Positions 38,280 through 48,577 of a stretch of 64,000 nt of DNA are shown here, in pieces; positions within the stretch are counted from its first letter, which is position 1; each line of letters opens with the position of its first letter. The DNA lies in contig OY759598.1 of NCBI GenBank assembly GCA_963662435.1, positions 900,507 through 964,506 on the forward strand, written 5' to 3'. The translations under genes were made by a program, and so were the position numbers. Origin of the DNA: Dehalococcoidia bacterium. Its GTDB lineage: Bacteria > Chloroflexota > Dehalococcoidia > Lucifugimonadales > VXLM01. The notes under the pieces were generated by a model. It was not told the origin of the DNA and did not search any database. It saw only the letters and a program-made list of their open reading frames with translations.

Positions 38280-40514
38280 TCAGGACGTCGTGGCGTCGGG
38301 GTCAGACACGAGCGGGGGTATGCGGGTAGCCCTGCCCGCTACGAGGGCGGTTGCTACTATGCCTATGGCAAGCACGAGGGCCAGGACGGCTATGGCCTGC
38401 GGATTTCCCGGAGGAGCGGGGACGCCGAACGCCGCATTGTAGCTCGCGGCAAGAATGATGCCGGAAGCTACAGCCAGCCCGAAGGCGAGTATCAGCGGGA
38501 CGGCGAACAGCAGCGCGAGGTCGACGGCCAGCAGCATCCGGGTGGCTCCAAAGGAGCGGAGCGCCCGGAATTCCGCCTGTCGCTGCCGGAAGAGCAGCAT
38601 GACGGCGTACAGCAGCGCGACCGCGGCCATTCCGGCGGCAGTCACGGCCATCACGAACAAGTAGGGGAAGAAGACGAGCTGGTCGTTGGGTATCCCCACT
38701 TCAAACCCCGCGACGAGGGCCGCCCTCGTAGTCACGCGCGACTCTTCCGGCAGTTCCCGCAGCCCCTCGAATACCCGGCGCAGGGATCCCGGTTCTCCGT
38801 CCGTGGTTATGAGCAGGATATGGAACGGGGAGGGGCGCTCTTCGACGATCAGCACGGTTGCAATGTTCGAACTCGCTCCGAGCCACGACGCCGTGACCCG
38901 TCCCCCCACCGGATAGGTCCCGGAAAGGTTAGTGTCCTCAGGGTCGGCAAAGGGGCCCGGGGGCCTGACCCGCACGGTTACGGCGTCGGCGTCCGCAAGG
39001 CGACGCACCGGGTAGATGTTCCCAACGACGCATGGGCCGTCGAGTTTCGCCGAACCCGGCACGTCTTCGCAGGTCATCGTATATACGCCGCCTTCGTATT
39101 CGCCAATAGAAGCGCCCCGCGTTCTCCCGACCGGTACAACCCGCGTCACGCCTTCATAGCGGGACACCGCGCGGAGCATCGGTTCCGGAAGTGGCGGGTC
39201 GACGAATTCGGCCAGAACGTGGAAGTCCCCGGTCGCGGGCGGGCGGTTCGCAAAATTTGCGTACACGGTGAAGACGATGAGCAGGACGGCCACTGCCGTG
39301 GCCGACACGCCCAGGACGGCTTCGGCTCCGCCCTGATACATCCGCCATCCCGCGACCTGGGCGCGCGTCCAGTCGGCGAGCAACCTGCCCGCAGCAGCGA
39401 CTGCGACACGGGACAGACCCTCCAGGCCGACGACGCTCAGGAGCAATCCGGCTGTAAGCAACCATGGCGCCAGGTTGAAATCCACTTCGGAGGCAGCAAA
39501 CATCGCGGCGGGACCGGCTACTATGCCGACCGCGGAGACGTATGCGAGGTAGGAGGGAGGTTTGCGCTCCCTTCGCAGCGTCCCGACGGGATCGCGTCCT
39601 GCGCGGAAGACCATGCGGACAGCGCTCACGAGCCCAACGAGGACGACAACCAGAGGAAGCGCAATTGCCAGAGCGATGGGGAGAACGAGATCGCTAGCCC
39701 AGTACGAATTCCCTGCAATCGTGAACGTCCAAAGAGACGACATGAAGGCGGCGTAGACGACCGAGCCGAGTAGCGCGCCAATCAGCATGGGAACGGCCAT
39801 GTCGGCAGCGATGACCACGGCAAGTTTTCGCGGCGGCGCACCGAGGACTCTCAGCAGACCGTACCGCCGCGACCTGGTGTTGAGATGCACGGCGGCCCCG
39901 GCTCTTGCCAGGGCTATGGACGGGAGTACGAGAACGAGAAGGCCCATGATGACCATGTAGCTGGAATCGTCCGTCCAGCCCTTGCCGGCGCGGACCGGCT
40001 GAAAGCTCGACTTCAACGCGATTTCCGGCGAGACCGTATCGGTGAACTCGACGATGGCAAGCTCGCGTGGATGCGCGACCGCCGCTTCGGGAAGCTCTCG
40101 GACGGGACGGTCGCCCAGCCAGCCGTGAAGCTCTCCCGTCCAGTCGTCCTCGAGCTGGGCGAGGACGGCGGGTGAGGCCAGAGCAGTCCCGCTCGCACCA
40201 ACGGCAGGGATTCCGGGGAGGTCGAGGCGCTGCCCCTCTTCTCCCCAGTACACCGTGACTGCCAATGGTCCGTACCCAGTGGCAACCGGTGTGAATGACC
40301 GCAACGGAGGCTCTCCGGGAACCCTCGTCTCAGGCGAGAAGCTCTTAGGGCCGTCGCGCAACGTAGCGGTCTCGTGCTGAGCGAGCAACCCGGAGCGGAA
40401 CCCCATTGCAAGGGAAAGGCCGACGCATGTTATGAGACCAACGGCAATGAGTGGGATCCAGACCGAGAGCGAACGCCACGATCTGGGTGAGATGAAACGG
40501 AAGAACAGCATCAT
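38280..40514 (-). CDS. FtsX-like ABC transporter permease
   Basis: Two FtsX-type TM blocks (RYGLLRVLGA, EFRALRSFGA); coupled to the adjacent ATPase. Confidence 0.8.
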   Translation of the reverse strand: MMLFFRFISPRSWRSLSVWIPLIAVGLITCVGLSLAMGFRSGLLAQHETATLRDGPKSFSPETRVPGEPPLRSFTPVATGYGPLAVTVYWGEEGQRLDLPGIPAVGASGTALASPAVLAQLEDDWTGELHGWLGDRPVRELPEAAVAHPRELAIVEFTDTVSPEIALKSSFQPVRAGKGWTDDSSYMVIMGLLVLVLPSIALARAGAAVHLNTRSRRYGLLRVLGAPPRKLAVVIAADMAVPMLIGALLGSVVYAAFMSSLWTFTIAGNSYWASDLVLPIALAIALPLVVVLVGLVSAVRMVFRAGRDPVGTLRRERKPPSYLAYVSAVGIVAGPAAMFAASEVDFNLAPWLLTAGLLLSVVGLEGLSRVAVAAAGRLLADWTRAQVAGWRMYQGGAEAVLGVSATAVAVLLIVFTVYANFANRPPATGDFHVLAEFVDPPLPEPMLRAVSRYEGVTRVVPVGRTRGASIGEYEGGVYTMTCEDVPGSAKLDGPCVVGNIYPVRRLADADAVTVRVRPPGPFADPEDTNLSGTYPVGGRVTASWLGASSNIATVLIVEERPSPFHILLITTDGEPGSLRRVFEGLRELPEESRVTTRAALVAGFEVGIPNDQLVFFPYLFVMAVTAAGMAAVALLYAVMLLFRQRQAEFRALRSFGATRMLLAVDLALLFAVPLILAFGLAVASGIILAASYNAAFGVPAPPGNPQAIAVLALVLAIGIVATALVAGRATRIPPLVSDPDATTS

Positions 40515-41206
40515 GATGCACGCTCCTCAACCAGTTTTCCCTCGTTCAGCCTGAGAACTCGGTCGCACATGCCCCATACGAAGGGGTCGTGTGTGACTAT
40601 CAGAACGCCAACGCCGAATTCGGCGGCGACTCTTCGCAGCTCGCCGACCACGAGTTCGGAGTTCTCTGTGTCCAGCGCGCCGGTCGGCTCGTCGCAGAAG
40701 ACGATGCTCGGCTCCATCACCAGTGCGCGGGCTATCGAGGCGCGCTGGAGCTCGCCACCCGACAGCGTGGACGGGTAGTTGTCCGCCAGCGGGCCGAGAC
40801 CGAACCTGTCCAGCAGGCCACGGGCCCGCTTGCGGGCATCGCGCGGCTTGGTCCCCGACACGACGAGCGGGACCGCGACGTTCGCCGCGATGGTCATGTC
40901 GTCGAGGAATGCGGGGAACTGGAATACGAAGCCGCACGTCGTCCGACGAGTGAGGGTGATGTCCGGCTCGCCGAGGTCCCAAACGTTTTCGCTGCCATTC
41001 CATGCGACGGTGCCGCCGTCCGGCTGGCGGAGGCCTGCTAGCGCGTAGAGCAGCGTCGACTTGCCGGAGCCGCTCACGCCCACGACGGCGAGCACCTCTC
41101 CGTGGCGAAGCTCAAGGTCCGCGCCATTCAAGACGGTCCTCTGGCCAAAACTGTGTGACAGTCCCCGTGCCGTTAGAACGGATTTAACGGTTATTGCAGC
41201 GGTCAT
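40511..41206 (-). CDS. ABC transporter ATP-binding protein (LolD/MacB-like)
   Basis: GVSGSGKST, LSGGELQR, DEPTGALD and VTHD. Confidence 0.92.
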   Translation of the reverse strand: MTAAITVKSVLTARGLSHSFGQRTVLNGADLELRHGEVLAVVGVSGSGKSTLLYALAGLRQPDGGTVAWNGSENVWDLGEPDITLTRRTTCGFVFQFPAFLDDMTIAANVAVPLVVSGTKPRDARKRARGLLDRFGLGPLADNYPSTLSGGELQRASIARALVMEPSIVFCDEPTGALDTENSELVVGELRRVAAEFGVGVLIVTHDPFVWGMCDRVLRLNEGKLVEERAS

Positions 41207-41273
41207 CTTGGAATATTCCTTGTGGCTCGATGCTCTGCCCTTGTGATTCTCTCCACATCGTAGAAGAGGCATA

Positions 41274-41321
41274 TGACCTCAGCGTGACCGTCAAGAACAG
41301 TTGCATGACCGTTCCATGACC
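41274..41321. promoter_or_regulatory. Four helically phased TGACC direct repeats, candidate OmpR-family operator
   Basis: TGACC at 41274, 41285, 41306 and 41317 (spacings 11, 21, 11) in the divergent intergenic region. Confidence 0.5.
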
Positions 41322-41429
41322 ATTTGTCGATAATACGGACACCCATGGTCTCGTTGTATGGCCAATGGAGCGAGCATACCCCGTGCTATAATCGCGGCAT
41401 TCCCAGCCTTGCGACGCGGGACCACGCTT

Positions 41430-42944
41430 ATGGCCAAGCAGGACGAGTCGTCGAAGGAAGTCGAGAGCCTCCGGCAGGAGAATGAGGAGCTTCGCGCTCG
41501 ACTCGCCATGCGAAGCGAGTTCCTCGGCATGGTGAGCCATGAGCTGCGAACGCCGCTGACGACGATCAAGGGGTCCACTGCCACCGTCCTCAGCGACCCC
41601 TCCGTCTTCGATCCGGCAGAGACACGGCAGTTCTTCCGAATCATCGACGAGCAGGCCGATCTCCTGCGCGACCTCATCAACAACCTTCTAGACCTGACAC
41701 GCATCGAGGCGGGATCGTTGTCGGTTAATCCGGAATCGACGGACGTGGTTTTTCTGGTGGCGGAGGCGAGGAATGCCTTCCTGCGCGGCGGGGGACGGAA
41801 CGAGATCGAGGTCGATCTCGCGCGCGGCCTGCCGAAGGTCGAGGCGGACAGACCGCGCATCGCCCAGGTGCTGAATAACCTCTTGTCCAACGCGGCCAAG
41901 TACTCGCCGGAGTCCTCGACTATTAGAGTCACTGCATTGGAGAAAAACGGTCATGTCGAGATCTCCGTTGCTGACGAGGGCAGGGGGGTACCCGCCGATC
42001 AGATAGAGCGCCTATTCATGCCATACTCGCGGGTCGATGAGCGAGACGGGGAGCGGAGGATCGTGGGGGCAGGACTGGGTCTCGCGATCTGCAAGGGGAT
42101 CGTCGAGGCGCACGGAGGCCAAATCTGGGCCGAGAGTGAAGGGGAGGGACGTGGATCACGCTTCATCTTCACTGTTCCGGTGAGTGAACAGGCCGTGTCG
42201 GATGCGGTCGAATCGGGCTTCGGAGTACAGGTAGCGAGACCGGAGGATTCGGCGAAGATTCTTGCCATCGACGACGACCCGCAGGTTCTGCGGTATGTAC
42301 GCAACACGCTCACTGAGGCGGGCTACACCTGGATGGGCACAGGGAATCCCGACGAGTTGGTCCACTTCCTGGAGGTGAAGCAGCCCGACCTGGTGCTGCT
42401 GGACCTGATACTGCCGGGCGTCAGCGGGTTCGATGTCATGAAGCGCATTCGGGAGGTGTCCACGGTGCCGGTCATCTTCCTGTCGGCGCATGACAGTGAG
42501 GAGCACGTGGTACAGGCGTTGAGAATGGGGGCGGACGACTACATCGTCAAGCCATTCTCGCCGAACGAGCTCGTGGCGAGAATCGAAGCTTCCCTGCGTA
42601 AGAGAGCGGTATTCGACCACGCCGAGGTCCGCAGGCCCTACAGACTCGGGGAGCTGACAATAGATTACATGGAGCGTGGGGTGACGGTGTCAGACGCTCC
42701 TGTCCACCTGACGGCGACCGAGTACAAGCTGCTGTTCGAGCTTTCCATCAACTCCGGGCGCGTGCTGACACACGACCAGATACTGCAGCGTGTCTGGGGA
42801 CCGGAGTACTCCGGGGACGCTCAACTGGTGCGGGCCATGGTGAAGAAGGTGCGGCGCAAGCTGGGCGAGGCCGGGAGCAAACCGAAGTACGTTCTGACGG
42901 AACCACGCGTCGGCTACATGATGGCGAAGCCCCAGGGTGTTTGA
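41430..42944 (+). CDS. Histidine kinase-receiver-OmpR winged-helix fusion, no sensor domain
   Basis: SHELRTPL (H box), NLLSNAAKYS, DEGRG and GAGLGL, then REC (IDDD, LLDL, KPF) and wHTH (LTATEYKLL...VGY). Confidence 0.9.
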   Translation: MAKQDESSKEVESLRQENEELRARLAMRSEFLGMVSHELRTPLTTIKGSTATVLSDPSVFDPAETRQFFRIIDEQADLLRDLINNLLDLTRIEAGSLSVNPESTDVVFLVAEARNAFLRGGGRNEIEVDLARGLPKVEADRPRIAQVLNNLLSNAAKYSPESSTIRVTALEKNGHVEISVADEGRGVPADQIERLFMPYSRVDERDGERRIVGAGLGLAICKGIVEAHGGQIWAESEGEGRGSRFIFTVPVSEQAVSDAVESGFGVQVARPEDSAKILAIDDDPQVLRYVRNTLTEAGYTWMGTGNPDELVHFLEVKQPDLVLLDLILPGVSGFDVMKRIREVSTVPVIFLSAHDSEEHVVQALRMGADDYIVKPFSPNELVARIEASLRKRAVFDHAEVRRPYRLGELTIDYMERGVTVSDAPVHLTATEYKLLFELSINSGRVLTHDQILQRVWGPEYSGDAQLVRAMVKKVRRKLGEAGSKPKYVLTEPRVGYMMAKPQGV

Positions 42945-42952
42945 GACACCCC

Positions 42953-44647
42953 CTATTCTCCGGTCGTGACACCGTAGACGGATTCGGCCCGCTCGGGGGA
43001 GACGAACTCTTCGAGCACGTCGTGGGCTACGGCATCCGCGTCGCGGGTCTTTGCTTCGCCCCAGCCGCCGCCGCCGGGCGTCTGGGTCTTGATGACGTGG
43101 TCGTGAGGGATGGAGGTCGTGACCTTGGAAGGGAGCCGTTTCTCGGAGCCGTCGGGCGCGGCTATGATACAGGCTGAGCGTTCCGCTCCCTCGCCTCCGA
43201 AGAGGCCCCACGGGCTCACCTTTTCCCTGTCGGAGCTGAGGGTGAGGGTGACGCTCTCGCCAAGCACGCGCAGGTGACGCTGGATGCCAAGCCCACCCCG
43301 GTATTGACCTGCCCCCTCGCTGTTCGGCACGAGGCCGTATTTCTCCACGAGGAGAGGGTAGGCAAGCTCGATGGCCTCGACGGGGGCGTTGCGGGTGTTG
43401 GTCATGTGGTTTTGGACGGCGTCCATGCCATCGATGTTGTGCATGGCCCCCTGGCCGCCGGCGTAGGTCTCGATGTAGTTGTAGTAGATTCCGTTTCGAG
43501 GGTCGATTCCGCCGATGTTGAGCAGGTTCATGGTGCCTGAGCAGGCCGCCAGCACCTTGTCGGGAATGACCGGGGCGAGCGCGCCGAGGAGCGCATCGGT
43601 GATCCGCTGGGTCGTGATGATGTTGGCGTTGCAGACTGCCGTCGGATACTGGGCGGAGAGAAGGCTGCCCTCCCGCACCTTGACCTCGACGGGACGATAG
43701 GCCCCGGCGTTGGGGGGAAGTTCGGGGTCAAGGCAAGCCTTAAGGACGTAGTAGACACAGGCGGCGACGGACGGCCACCGGCAGTTCAGGGGACCTTGGC
43801 AGGAGTCGTCGCTCTCCGTGAAATCGGCGATGAAGGAGTCGCCCTTCGACTCGATCTTGACCCGGACGGTGATCGGCGATTCCACGATGCCGTCACCCTC
43901 CATCGAGTCCTCGAACTCATACGTGCCATCGGGTATCTGCGTCAGTGCGGCCCTCATGCGCCGCTCGGAGTAGTTCAACATCTCGTCGAGGTACCGCCGC
44001 ACCATCTCAGGACCGTAGCGGGAGGCGAGATCGATCAGGCGGCGCTCCGCCACGTTGTTGGCGGCGAACTGGGCGAGAAGGTCTCCACGGACTTCGGTGC
44101 GCGGGCGGACATTCTGTGCAATCAGGGCCCACAGGTCGCGGTCGAGCTGTCCCTTGCGAAACAGGCGGACTGTTGGGATCTGAAGGCCTTCCTGGAATAT
44201 CTCGGTTACGCCGAAGGGCATTGAACCGGGGGCGAACCCGCCCATGTCGACGTGGTGGGCCTGATTGGCGGTGATAGCGATTAGCTCGCCCTCGTGAAAG
44301 ATGGGAGATATCAGGGCGAGGTCGTTGAGGTGGCCGGGCCCAGCAGGGTAGGGAGTGTTCATCGCGAGGGCGTCGCCCGGCTCCAGCTCCTCGAAGGGGT
44401 ACTGGTCCATGGCGGTCAGGACGGCGGAGTGCATCGTGCCGAGGTGGAGCGGAGTGCCGATCTCGCTCTGGGCCACGACGACAACCTCGCCGGAACCCGT
44501 GTAGATCGCGCCGGACGTGTCGCGCCTGTCCTTGATGTTGGTCGAGTAGCTCGCCCGGATCAGCGCGGCGATCATCTCGTCGGCAATTGAGTAGAACCCG
44601 TTTCGCATCACCTCGAGGGTGATCGGATCGACGTTGTTTGAGGACAT
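42953..44647 (-). CDS. Hydantoinase B/oxoprolinase-family subunit
   Basis: VDPITLEV, HLND, AHHVDMGG, QEGLQIP and TPGGGGWG. Confidence 0.93.
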   Translation of the reverse strand: MSSNNVDPITLEVMRNGFYSIADEMIAALIRASYSTNIKDRRDTSGAIYTGSGEVVVVAQSEIGTPLHLGTMHSAVLTAMDQYPFEELEPGDALAMNTPYPAGPGHLNDLALISPIFHEGELIAITANQAHHVDMGGFAPGSMPFGVTEIFQEGLQIPTVRLFRKGQLDRDLWALIAQNVRPRTEVRGDLLAQFAANNVAERRLIDLASRYGPEMVRRYLDEMLNYSERRMRAALTQIPDGTYEFEDSMEGDGIVESPITVRVKIESKGDSFIADFTESDDSCQGPLNCRWPSVAACVYYVLKACLDPELPPNAGAYRPVEVKVREGSLLSAQYPTAVCNANIITTQRITDALLGALAPVIPDKVLAACSGTMNLLNIGGIDPRNGIYYNYIETYAGGQGAMHNIDGMDAVQNHMTNTRNAPVEAIELAYPLLVEKYGLVPNSEGAGQYRGGLGIQRHLRVLGESVTLTLSSDREKVSPWGLFGGEGAERSACIIAAPDGSEKRLPSKVTTSIPHDHVIKTQTPGGGGWGEAKTRDADAVAHDVLEEFVSPERAESVYGVTTGE

Positions 44648-44690
44648 GCTGCTACCTGAGGATAAGGGTATTGCTAGAGTTACGAAATTT

Positions 44691-46748
44691 CTACTTGTGC
44701 TTTCCGGTAACGAGAAGGTTCAGGAATTTGTCGACCTCCGCCGTCTGGTTTTCCCAAACGACGGTCGTGGAGTCCAGCTGTTCGACGATAGCCGGTCCAG
44801 TGATCACGTCGCCGGGGAGGAGGGCAGAGCGGTCGTACACGTTTGTCGGTTTACGGTCATTCTTGAAGTAGACGTCCCGCTGGCCGATCGCGGCGCGGGA
44901 GGGGTCGCCTCCGGAGTCCTGTGAATCATGGGCAAGGTCGGGCCGCGGCATGGATGCGAGGGCGGTGACCTTGAGGTTCACGACCTCGACCGGGTTATCA
45001 CGCGAGGCGTACCCGTAGTTGCGGATGTGCGCCTCGTGGAACCTCTCTATGATGTCTTCAACATCGCTCTGCTCGAGCTTGCCTGACGCGGCAATCACCT
45101 CAAGCTCGTAGCCCTGGCCGACGTAACGTGCGTCAGCGGCGCGAACGAGGGATACGTCCTCCGCTGCGACTCCCTCGCGGGACATCTGCTCTATAGCCTG
45201 GGATTCCAGCTGCTCGAACCACGATGTTATTTCCGCGGCCGAAAGTTCGCTGCCGGGCTTGAGGACGGTCTGGGCGAAGTCGTGGCGGAGGTCGGCCATC
45301 AGGAGACCCAGGGCCGACGTTACGCCGGGAGCCACGGGCACGAGTACGGACGGGATGTCCATCTCGTCGGCAAGCTCGGAGGCGTGGAGGGGACCGGCCC
45401 CGCCAAAGGCGACGAGGGAGAACTCACGCGGATCGTAACCCTTGGAGACCGATACGACCCGGATGCCCTTGACCATGCTGGCGTTGACGACCTGCACGAT
45501 CCCCTCGGCGGCCTCCTCGACAGCAAGGCCCAGGGGATCGGCGATGCGCTCGGCTATGACCTGTCGGGCCAAATCGATATCGAGGGTCATCGTTCCACCG
45601 AGCAGGCTGGACGCGCCGAGTCTACCAAGAACGAGGTTGGCATCGGTCACCGTGGCTTCCGTGCCTCCGTTGCCGTAGCAAGCCGGGCCGGGGTCGGCGC
45701 CCGCGCTCTGCGGGCCCACGCGGAGGGCTCCTCCGGGATCAATCCACGCGATGCTCCCGCCACCCGCGCCGAGGGTGTGGATATCGACCATTGGCACCTT
45801 GACGGGCAGGCGTTCCAGCTCGCTTTCCTGCGTTCGCCGGACCTCTCCTTTGTAGGAGAGCGACACGTCGAAGCTCGTGCCGCCCATGTCGATGGAGATG
45901 CTGTTGGGCTTACCGGCCTGCTGCGCGATTGCGACAGCACCGATGACGCCCGCCGCCGGGCCTGACAGGATCGTATGGACGGGGCGGTCAATGGCCGTCT
46001 CCGCGCCCATCGTTCCGCCGTTGGACTGCATGATGTAGAGGTCCGACTTGAGCCCAACGTCAGCGATGCTCTGTTCGAGGCGACGCAGGTATCGTTCCAT
46101 GACGGGTGCGACGTAGGCGTTGATGGTCGTGGTGCTCATCCGCTCGTACTCTTTGAACTCCGGCAGAATCTCGTGGGAAAGCGAGACGGGGACGTCCGGA
46201 AGTTCCCGGCGGATGGCATCGCCGATGGCCTGTTCGTGCTCAGGGTTCGCGTATGAGTGGAGGAGGCATACCGCCACTGCGTCCACGTTGGCGGTCTTGA
46301 CGCGGCTGATGATGTCTTCAAGCGATTCTTCGTCCAGGGGAGACTGCACCTCTCCGGTGTGAAGCACCCTCTCCTGCGCTTCGTAGCGCAGGTGACGCGG
46401 CACCAGCGGGTCGGAGCGGCGAATGCGCCAGTCGTAGAGGTCGGGTCTATCCTGGCGGCCAATCTGGAGAACATCACGGAATCCCGCGGTAACGATCAAC
46501 GCGGTCTTTGCTCCCTTACGTTCAAGGAGCGTGTTGGTCGCGACGGTCGTCCCATGTATGAAGAAGTCGATCCGGTCGGGGGAGACCCCGTGGCGTTCCA
46601 TGAGCTCGCGGATTCCGGCGGCGACTCCGAGGGCCTGGTTTACCGGTGTTGAGGGTGTCTTGGCGAATTCGAGGCGGTCGGTATCTGTGTCGTAGAGGGC
46701 GAGGTCGGTAAAAGTCCCGCCGACATCAACGCCCAGTCGATAGCTCAT
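44691..46748 (-). CDS. Hydantoinase A/oxoprolinase-family subunit
   Basis: GVDVGGTFTD, HGTTVATN, SGPAAG, DMGGTSFD and SAGADPGPACY; start revised to MSYRL. Confidence 0.93.
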   Translation of the reverse strand: MSYRLGVDVGGTFTDLALYDTDTDRLEFAKTPSTPVNQALGVAAGIRELMERHGVSPDRIDFFIHGTTVATNTLLERKGAKTALIVTAGFRDVLQIGRQDRPDLYDWRIRRSDPLVPRHLRYEAQERVLHTGEVQSPLDEESLEDIISRVKTANVDAVAVCLLHSYANPEHEQAIGDAIRRELPDVPVSLSHEILPEFKEYERMSTTTINAYVAPVMERYLRRLEQSIADVGLKSDLYIMQSNGGTMGAETAIDRPVHTILSGPAAGVIGAVAIAQQAGKPNSISIDMGGTSFDVSLSYKGEVRRTQESELERLPVKVPMVDIHTLGAGGGSIAWIDPGGALRVGPQSAGADPGPACYGNGGTEATVTDANLVLGRLGASSLLGGTMTLDIDLARQVIAERIADPLGLAVEEAAEGIVQVVNASMVKGIRVVSVSKGYDPREFSLVAFGGAGPLHASELADEMDIPSVLVPVAPGVTSALGLLMADLRHDFAQTVLKPGSELSAAEITSWFEQLESQAIEQMSREGVAAEDVSLVRAADARYVGQGYELEVIAASGKLEQSDVEDIIERFHEAHIRNYGYASRDNPVEVVNLKVTALASMPRPDLAHDSQDSGGDPSRAAIGQRDVYFKNDRKPTNVYDRSALLPGDVITGPAIVEQLDSTTVVWENQTAEVDKFLNLLVTGKHK

Positions 46749-46899
46749 GGGTCTGTAGTCCTGTCGAGAGCAAGTGTTTCTGCGATGTCCAGATTGAGGG
46801 CATCGCAAGGTCGCGGGGGAGTGTAGCACCGGGCGTGTAGACCGTCAACGGAAAGCAGACCTGTACGAAAGCGATGGTCGTTCGGGCTATACTATCGGC

Positions 46900-48162
46900 A
46901 TGGCTCTCGACAAGTCGTCCACGGAGTCTGCCGGCGGCCCGTTCGTGGCGTTTCGATACCCCAGCTACCGCCTGTTCTGGATTGGCAACGCCTTTTCGAA
47001 CATCGGCATTTGGGCGCTCATGGCCGGTCGGCTGTGGTTGATGCATGAGCTGACAGACTCACCTCTCATGCTCGGGCTTGTGACCTTTTCCGGACTGGGC
47101 CCCATCCTGGTCCTCTCAATGTGGGGAGGCGTCGTCGCCGATAGGGTCAACCGGATGCGGTTGGTCGTAACTACGCGTGCGCTCTTTGCCTTTACGGCAC
47201 TGCTCACGGGAGTATTGGCCGCGACGGATATCATCGAGCCGTGGCATCTCCTTGTGATTTCGTTGGCGAACGGAGTCTTGCTGTCGTTCGACATTCCGTG
47301 CCGGCAGGCCATCGTGCCGAACCTCGTGCCCCGCCAACACCTGTTGAACGCGGTCGTACTCCAGTCTCTTCTCATGTCCGGCTCAACCGTGATCGGGCCG
47401 TTCCTGTTCGCGCCGCTGGTGAATGCGCTGGAGATCGACGGGGTGTTCTTCTTCGTGGGGGCAATGTACGTCGGCACGGTCGTGATGTTCGCGCTGGTCG
47501 ACCCTCAACCGCACATTGGCGACCGCAAGCGGACGATGCCGTGGAGCGACCTGGTTGAAGGGTTCGCTTACATACGGGGTAACACCACAATTGTCAGCTT
47601 GGTGGCAGTGGGCATACTCGCGGGCATCTTTGGGTCGTCGTTCAGTACGCTCCTGCCGATATTCGCAGACAGCGTTCTCCAAGGCGGAGTTGAGACCTAC
47701 GGGAACCTGCTGCTTGCCGGCGGCATAGGAGGGCTGAGCGGAACGCTGCTGCTGATCCTGTTCGGCAGACTCAAGGACTCGGCGGTCCTGCAAGTGGGGA
47801 CAGGTCTGACATTTGGAATCGGACTCTTACTTTTCGCGCAGATCACGTATCTGCCCGCGTCGCTGTCATTCATTCTCATCGTGGGGGCGGCCAGCACCGT
47901 GTTCGGCACCGTCAACAACACGCTCCTGCAGAGCATCGTTGACGATGAGTTCCGAGGAAGGGTGATGAGCATCCACCAGCTTGGTTGGGGGTCGTCTGCC
48001 ATAGGCGGTCTCTTGATGGGCTCCCTCGCGCAGGCCGTCAGCGCACCATTCGCGCTGAGTGTGTCAGGCGTAGCGGTAGCAGTCGGTGCGACGGCGTTGA
48101 CATTGTCGGCGATGCGGGGGAGGGGACGGCGGAGCCGGGGAGAAGCGGCAGTTCAGGAGTAG
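46900..48162 (+). CDS. MFS transporter (DHA3-like)
   Basis: YRLFWIG, GGVVADRVNR and DEFRGRVMS. Confidence 0.9.
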   Translation: MALDKSSTESAGGPFVAFRYPSYRLFWIGNAFSNIGIWALMAGRLWLMHELTDSPLMLGLVTFSGLGPILVLSMWGGVVADRVNRMRLVVTTRALFAFTALLTGVLAATDIIEPWHLLVISLANGVLLSFDIPCRQAIVPNLVPRQHLLNAVVLQSLLMSGSTVIGPFLFAPLVNALEIDGVFFFVGAMYVGTVVMFALVDPQPHIGDRKRTMPWSDLVEGFAYIRGNTTIVSLVAVGILAGIFGSSFSTLLPIFADSVLQGGVETYGNLLLAGGIGGLSGTLLLILFGRLKDSAVLQVGTGLTFGIGLLLFAQITYLPASLSFILIVGAASTVFGTVNNTLLQSIVDDEFRGRVMSIHQLGWGSSAIGGLLMGSLAQAVSAPFALSVSGVAVAVGATALTLSAMRGRGRRSRGEAAVQE

Positions 48163-48253
48163 CGTAAACAAGGCACTCACTCAAGCGGTTGCAAGGCTCA
48201 GGTGAAATTCGAGTGGTCTAGTTGCAAGAGTTGGACGACGTTGGTACAAGTCC

Positions 48254-48448
48254 TCACTCAGCGGAAACCTTCTCCTTGTCCTTCTGCGAATGGCGCACCA
48301 ATTCGGGATCTACTTCAGCGGCGGGCTTGGCTTGTGTGAACCAAGTCTCATCCAATTCTGGAGCGTCGGCATCGGCTTCGATTCCCGCGTTAATGTCGGC
48401 ATCCTCATCGGATGTCGGGCTGATATGAGTCGGCTTAAGTTTGGGCAT
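48254..48448 (-). CDS. Small acidic protein resembling the N-terminal half of BrnA-type antitoxins
   Basis: GAGGAG RBS and the sequence EDADINAGIEADADAPELDETWFTQAKPA; lacks a C-terminal RHH domain. Confidence 0.5.
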   Translation of the reverse strand: MPKLKPTHISPTSDEDADINAGIEADADAPELDETWFTQAKPAAEVDPELVRHSQKDKEKVSAE

Positions 48449-48577
48449 ATCGTCTCTCCTCTCGCCTATTGGCCTTGCGAAATAATCCTTCACCTATTGT
48501 AGAGCACACTGTTACACACAGTGTGTTCGCAGCGAAGAGCACACTCATCAACCCTCCCGTTGTAGAATAGCGTCACC

